This document shows positions 60,739 through 64,000 of a stretch of 64,000 bases of DNA, piece by piece. The stretch lies in the NCBI GenBank assembly GCA_965248445.1, contig CBDFJG010000002.1:544001-608000 (forward strand), given 5' to 3'. The translations under genes and the position numbers were made by a program. How positions within the stretch are numbered: position 1 is the stretch's first letter; each line of letters begins with the position of its first letter. Source of the DNA: Planctomycetota bacterium (GTDB lineage: Bacteria; Planctomycetota; JAJSAM01; JAJVHW01). The notes below the pieces were generated by a model. It worked only from the letters and a program-made list of their open reading frames with translations, ran no database searches and was not told the DNA's origin.

Positions 60739-61362
60739 GTGAGACTTGCGCGCGGACAGAGGATGGCGCGCTGGCTCGCCGCCACGCTCGTGGTCGCCGC
60801 ACTCGGTGTGTCGGCCGCGTTCGTCGTGTCGCCGGAGACCGCCGACGCGGTGGACACGACGCGCGTGCTCGGCCGCTACCGGCTGAAGCTCAAGGGCGAC
60901 GGCTTCGACCGCGAGGCGGCGTCGTTGAGCTACCGCAACAAGAAGCTCCGTGGCAACGCGACGCTGACGCTCGTGCGTCCCGAGTCGGCCGTGAGTGCGC
61001 GCGAGGTCATCGTGCGGATCGTGCTGGACCGACGGCTCGACGGAAGTGTCCTCGACCGTGCGACACCCGATCCGGCGTTCCTCGGTAAGGGCCTCCTGAT
61101 CGAGGACTCGCTGACGGTGATCGGCACGGGCAGCGCGAACTTCGTCAACGCGGTCACGCTTCGCTTCAAGAACAAGGGCCGAAAGCTCTCCGGCTGGTGG
61201 TTGGCGTCGTTCCCGGCCGCGGCCGTCGACGGCGGGTTCGCCGGCGGCGTCGGGGTCCAGATCGCCGGCCGCCTGCAGCTGGCGCAGCCCTCACCGGCGC
61301 CTGTGCCGGTGGACCCGCTTCCCGTGCTGGCCGACGTGAACGGCAACCGCAAGCTCCGCTGA
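60739..61362 (+). CDS. Secreted hypothetical protein
   Basis: Signal peptide WLAATLVVAALGVSAA; beta-rich basic domain. Confidence 0.7.
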   Translation: MRLARGQRMARWLAATLVVAALGVSAAFVVSPETADAVDTTRVLGRYRLKLKGDGFDREAASLSYRNKKLRGNATLTLVRPESAVSAREVIVRIVLDRRLDGSVLDRATPDPAFLGKGLLIEDSLTVIGTGSANFVNAVTLRFKNKGRKLSGWWLASFPAAAVDGGFAGGVGVQIAGRLQLAQPSPAPVPVDPLPVLADVNGNRKLR

Positions 61363-61444
61363 GCCGCGGTCTCGCGGCCCTCCCCGCTCCCTCAGGCGCG
61401 TCACCGATGGTGAGGTACACTTCGTCCGGTCTGGGAGGCCCTGT

Positions 61445-61642
61445 ATGACCCTCTTTCCTGTTCTGGCATTTCTCGGCGGACATGAGCTCCTCATCGTGCT
61501 CGCGATCGCCATCCTCCTCTTCGGCGCCACCCGTCTGCCGAAGCTCGCGCGCTCGCTCGGCTCCTCTGTGACCGAGTTCAAGAAGGGCGTCAACGAGGCG
61601 AAGGACGCTCTGCCTTCGACCGACGAGTCCGAGCCCACGTGA
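61445..61642 (+). CDS. tatA: Twin-arginine translocase subunit TatA/E
   Basis: ELLIVLAIAILLFGATRLPKLARSLGSSVTEFKKG. Confidence 0.95.
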   Translation: MTLFPVLAFLGGHELLIVLAIAILLFGATRLPKLARSLGSSVTEFKKGVNEAKDALPSTDESEPT

Positions 61643-61690
61643 GCCCGCGCTCCGACGGATGAGCAGGCGCGATCCGAACAGGTCATCCGG

Positions 61691-62107
61691 GTGACCGATT
61701 CCTCTCCGTTCAGCCGCCTTCAGCCGGAAGGCTGGCCCCGCCCCACGGGCTATTCGAACGGCATCCTCGTGCCGCCGGGCCACGCGCTGGTCTTCACCGG
61801 CGGCATGGTGGGCTGGGACGCCGACGAGGCGATCGTCCCCGGCGGCCTGGTCCCGCAGTTCGAGCAGGCGCTCCAGAACGTCCTGGCGGTGCTCGCCGTG
61901 GCTGCCGCCGGGCCGGAGCACGTCGTGCGCATGACGTGCTACGTCACGGACCGTGAGGAGTACCTCGCCTCGCAGCGAGACCTCGGCGCTGCGTGGCTCC
62001 GCACGATGGGGCGGAACTTCCCCGCCATGTCTCTCGTGCAGATTGCGGCGCTCGTCGAGGACGGCGCGCGCATCGAGATCGAAGCGACCGCGGCAGTCCC
62101 GGGCTAG
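61691..62107 (+). CDS. RidA (YjgF/YER057c/UK114) family protein
   Basis: GYSNG, GMVG, QFEQALQN, FPAMSLV and IEIEATA motifs. Confidence 0.93.
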   Translation: MTDSSPFSRLQPEGWPRPTGYSNGILVPPGHALVFTGGMVGWDADEAIVPGGLVPQFEQALQNVLAVLAVAAAGPEHVVRMTCYVTDREEYLASQRDLGAAWLRTMGRNFPAMSLVQIAALVEDGARIEIEATAAVPG

Positions 62108-62114
62108 CTGCGCG

Positions 62115-63839
62115 CTAGTCCTTCGCCTTGTCGAGTTCGGCCTGTGCGCTCATCGCGAACTGCGCGGCGCGCATGCTCGGGTAGAGCCGGCCGTTCACGT
62201 TCGCCTCGGGATTGGCGCGCTTCTTCGCGTACCCGACGACCTTCTCGTACTCGCCGATCTCGAAGTGGTACTTGCAGAGGTTCTCGAGCGCGTCCCAGTA
62301 GCCGCGTTTGGGCGCCTGTCCGTCCACCTCGACGAGCGCAAGCACGTGGTTGAACATCGGCAGCGACTTCTCCTTCTGGTCGCGCAAATGAAAGAGCCAG
62401 ATGAGCGCGCAGTCGTTCAGGTAGTCCTGGTCGTCGGGACTCGCGGCCACGGATGCCTGGTACCACTTCAGACTCTTCTCGTAGTCCTTGCCGCGGTCGC
62501 GGTACCAGAAACCGGCGTTGTTCCCGAAGCTGCCCTCGCCGGGGTTCTTCTCCGTCAGTGCCGTGTACGCCCGCTCGCGCAACTCCGGCGAGAACACCCC
62601 GCCGGGGACCGTCGTGAAGAGCCACTTGTCGAGCGTGACCGACGCGCCGTAGGCGTCTCCCACGGGACCGTTCTCGAGCGCCGTCACGAGCGTCTCGGCG
62701 GCTTCCGCGTCGCGGTCACCGGCCGCCTGCAGCGTCTGTGCCCGCTGGAATAGGAGTCCGAAGTCGCCTGGATGGAGCGCGAGGCCTGCGTCGAGGACCT
62801 CGAGTGCCGGTCCCACTCCGTGTGCCTCGGATTGCGTCAGCAGATACGCCTTGTAGATGCGGGCCCACCGAGCCTTCGGGTTCTCGGCGACCACGGCGTC
62901 CAGCGCATCGAGCTGGCGCGGCAGGTCGGCGTACATCTTCACAAGGAGGTTCACCGGGCGCTGCTCGTCGGGGAGCAGCTTCGCCGCGCGAAGGTACCCG
63001 GTGCGCAGACGCGCGATGGGGTACTTGGCCCACTGCTTGGCGATGGTCGAGCGAAGCACGAGATCGCCCCGCAACGGAGCGATCTCGACGGCTTTCGTGA
63101 GGTGTGTGTCGGCGGTCTCCCACTCGCGTGCGTTCTCCGCCATGGCGGCCATCTCGAGTCGCGCGAGAAGATCGTCCGGGTGCTCTTCGAAGTGAGTGGT
63201 CAGCAGTTCCCGCGCGCCGTCGGGGTCTTCGCTCCAGCGCATGATGCGCGCGAGGAGCGCGACGCTCCCCGGCAGTCCGGCGTGCATCTTCTCGGCCTGA
63301 TCGACGCGCAGCTTGGCGTCGGCGATGTTTCCCTTCACGTAGAACTTGTCGCCCCCCGAGTTGAACGCCGCTTCGGCCAACTCTTGGAAGCACCATGCCG
63401 CTTCGAGCCGCAGTTGCGCGTCCGCGCCGCGCGCCTTCTCGGCGTCACGAAGCGTCTGGATCGCCTCGTGCCGTTGCCCGGCAGCGCGGAGCGTGCGGGC
63501 GGCTGCCAGCGCCGTGTCGTGTCCCGCCGTAAGTTCCGGCAGTGGATAGACGGCCGGCAGTGGGTTCGGCGGCGGAGTGCTCGACGGGGGGGGATCGGTC
63601 GCCGGGTCGTCGGCGACCGGAGTCGACGCGGCCGGCCCGTCCGCCGGCGGCGCCGGCCTGTCGGGAGCCCTGGTGGTGTCGGGCCTGGTGGCATCGGGAG
63701 CGGGCGCCTCGGATGCCGGTGCGGGCTCGGCCGGCTCGGGGACGGTGGTCTCGGACTCGCCACACGCCGCGGCCAGGCTCCTCGCGATGCCCAGCGCGAG
63801 GGCGATGCTGTACTGCGACGCTCGTGACTCTCTGCTCAT
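62115..63839 (-). CDS. TPR-repeat lipoprotein
   Basis: Lipobox-like LAAAC, Pro-rich linker, multiple TPR helical repeats. Confidence 0.8.
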   Translation of the reverse strand: MSRESRASQYSIALALGIARSLAAACGESETTVPEPAEPAPASEAPAPDATRPDTTRAPDRPAPPADGPAASTPVADDPATDPPPSSTPPPNPLPAVYPLPELTAGHDTALAAARTLRAAGQRHEAIQTLRDAEKARGADAQLRLEAAWCFQELAEAAFNSGGDKFYVKGNIADAKLRVDQAEKMHAGLPGSVALLARIMRWSEDPDGARELLTTHFEEHPDDLLARLEMAAMAENAREWETADTHLTKAVEIAPLRGDLVLRSTIAKQWAKYPIARLRTGYLRAAKLLPDEQRPVNLLVKMYADLPRQLDALDAVVAENPKARWARIYKAYLLTQSEAHGVGPALEVLDAGLALHPGDFGLLFQRAQTLQAAGDRDAEAAETLVTALENGPVGDAYGASVTLDKWLFTTVPGGVFSPELRERAYTALTEKNPGEGSFGNNAGFWYRDRGKDYEKSLKWYQASVAASPDDQDYLNDCALIWLFHLRDQKEKSLPMFNHVLALVEVDGQAPKRGYWDALENLCKYHFEIGEYEKVVGYAKKRANPEANVNGRLYPSMRAAQFAMSAQAELDKAKD

Positions 63840-64000
63840 CTCGACCTCCCGACCGCGCCCGGCGCCTGCCCGAGTGTAAGAGAGCTCTCGCAGGGGGTGA
63901 CAACGAACGGGCTCAGTCTCGCGGAGAGGTGTGCCCGGGCGAGTCCACGCGGTGTCCTGTGGGACCCCAATCAGGCTGATCCCGGGCTTGTTCGAGCCTG

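Larger units (their letters stand above)
57372..60742 (+). pseudogene. ECF sigma factor with long C-terminal extension, frameshifted near 58595 and interrupted by IS66
   Basis: DADAFAELAHRH...AEDMVQEALL (region 2), YREIAAALSVSQGAARVRVHRAL (region 4), TM segment; after the IS the frame resumes WLPEGAVLPEG...MPEGAE-stop. Confidence 0.8.

Overview
High-GC (roughly 70%) bacterial chromosomal window, probably Planctomycetota or a relative. That placement is inferred from a DUF1570-like protein, ECF sigma factors with long C-terminal extensions and a large carboxypeptidase-regulatory-like repeat protein. Core content: ECF sigma, tsaE-thiL-thiE-dapB cluster, tRNA-Ala(CGC) and tRNA-Val(CAC), dcd-nrdJ under tandem NrdR boxes, hemD/hemB, glycosyl- and sulfotransferases, signal peptidase I, an M16 peptidase pair, plsC, tatA and RidA. 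Accessory content: a scrambled island at 10.5-15.65 kb (tRNA-Val 3' repeat, comM cut at its Walker A motif next to a serine-recombinase remnant, IS66, phage-like mini-operon, orphan 3' half of tRNA-Cys), two inverted IS1380-family copies with the same internal stop, and a second IS66 with an 8-bp target duplication. Most striking: five perfect 8-bp tandem duplications cluster in the accessory DNA. Four of them each shift a reading frame that is restored when one copy is removed, and 8 bp is the IS66 target-duplication length seen here, so they may be IS66 excision scars. Also notable: a PadR-like/permease-prefix/signal-peptidase fusion next to a CPBP protease, and many genes with apparently leaderless architecture.
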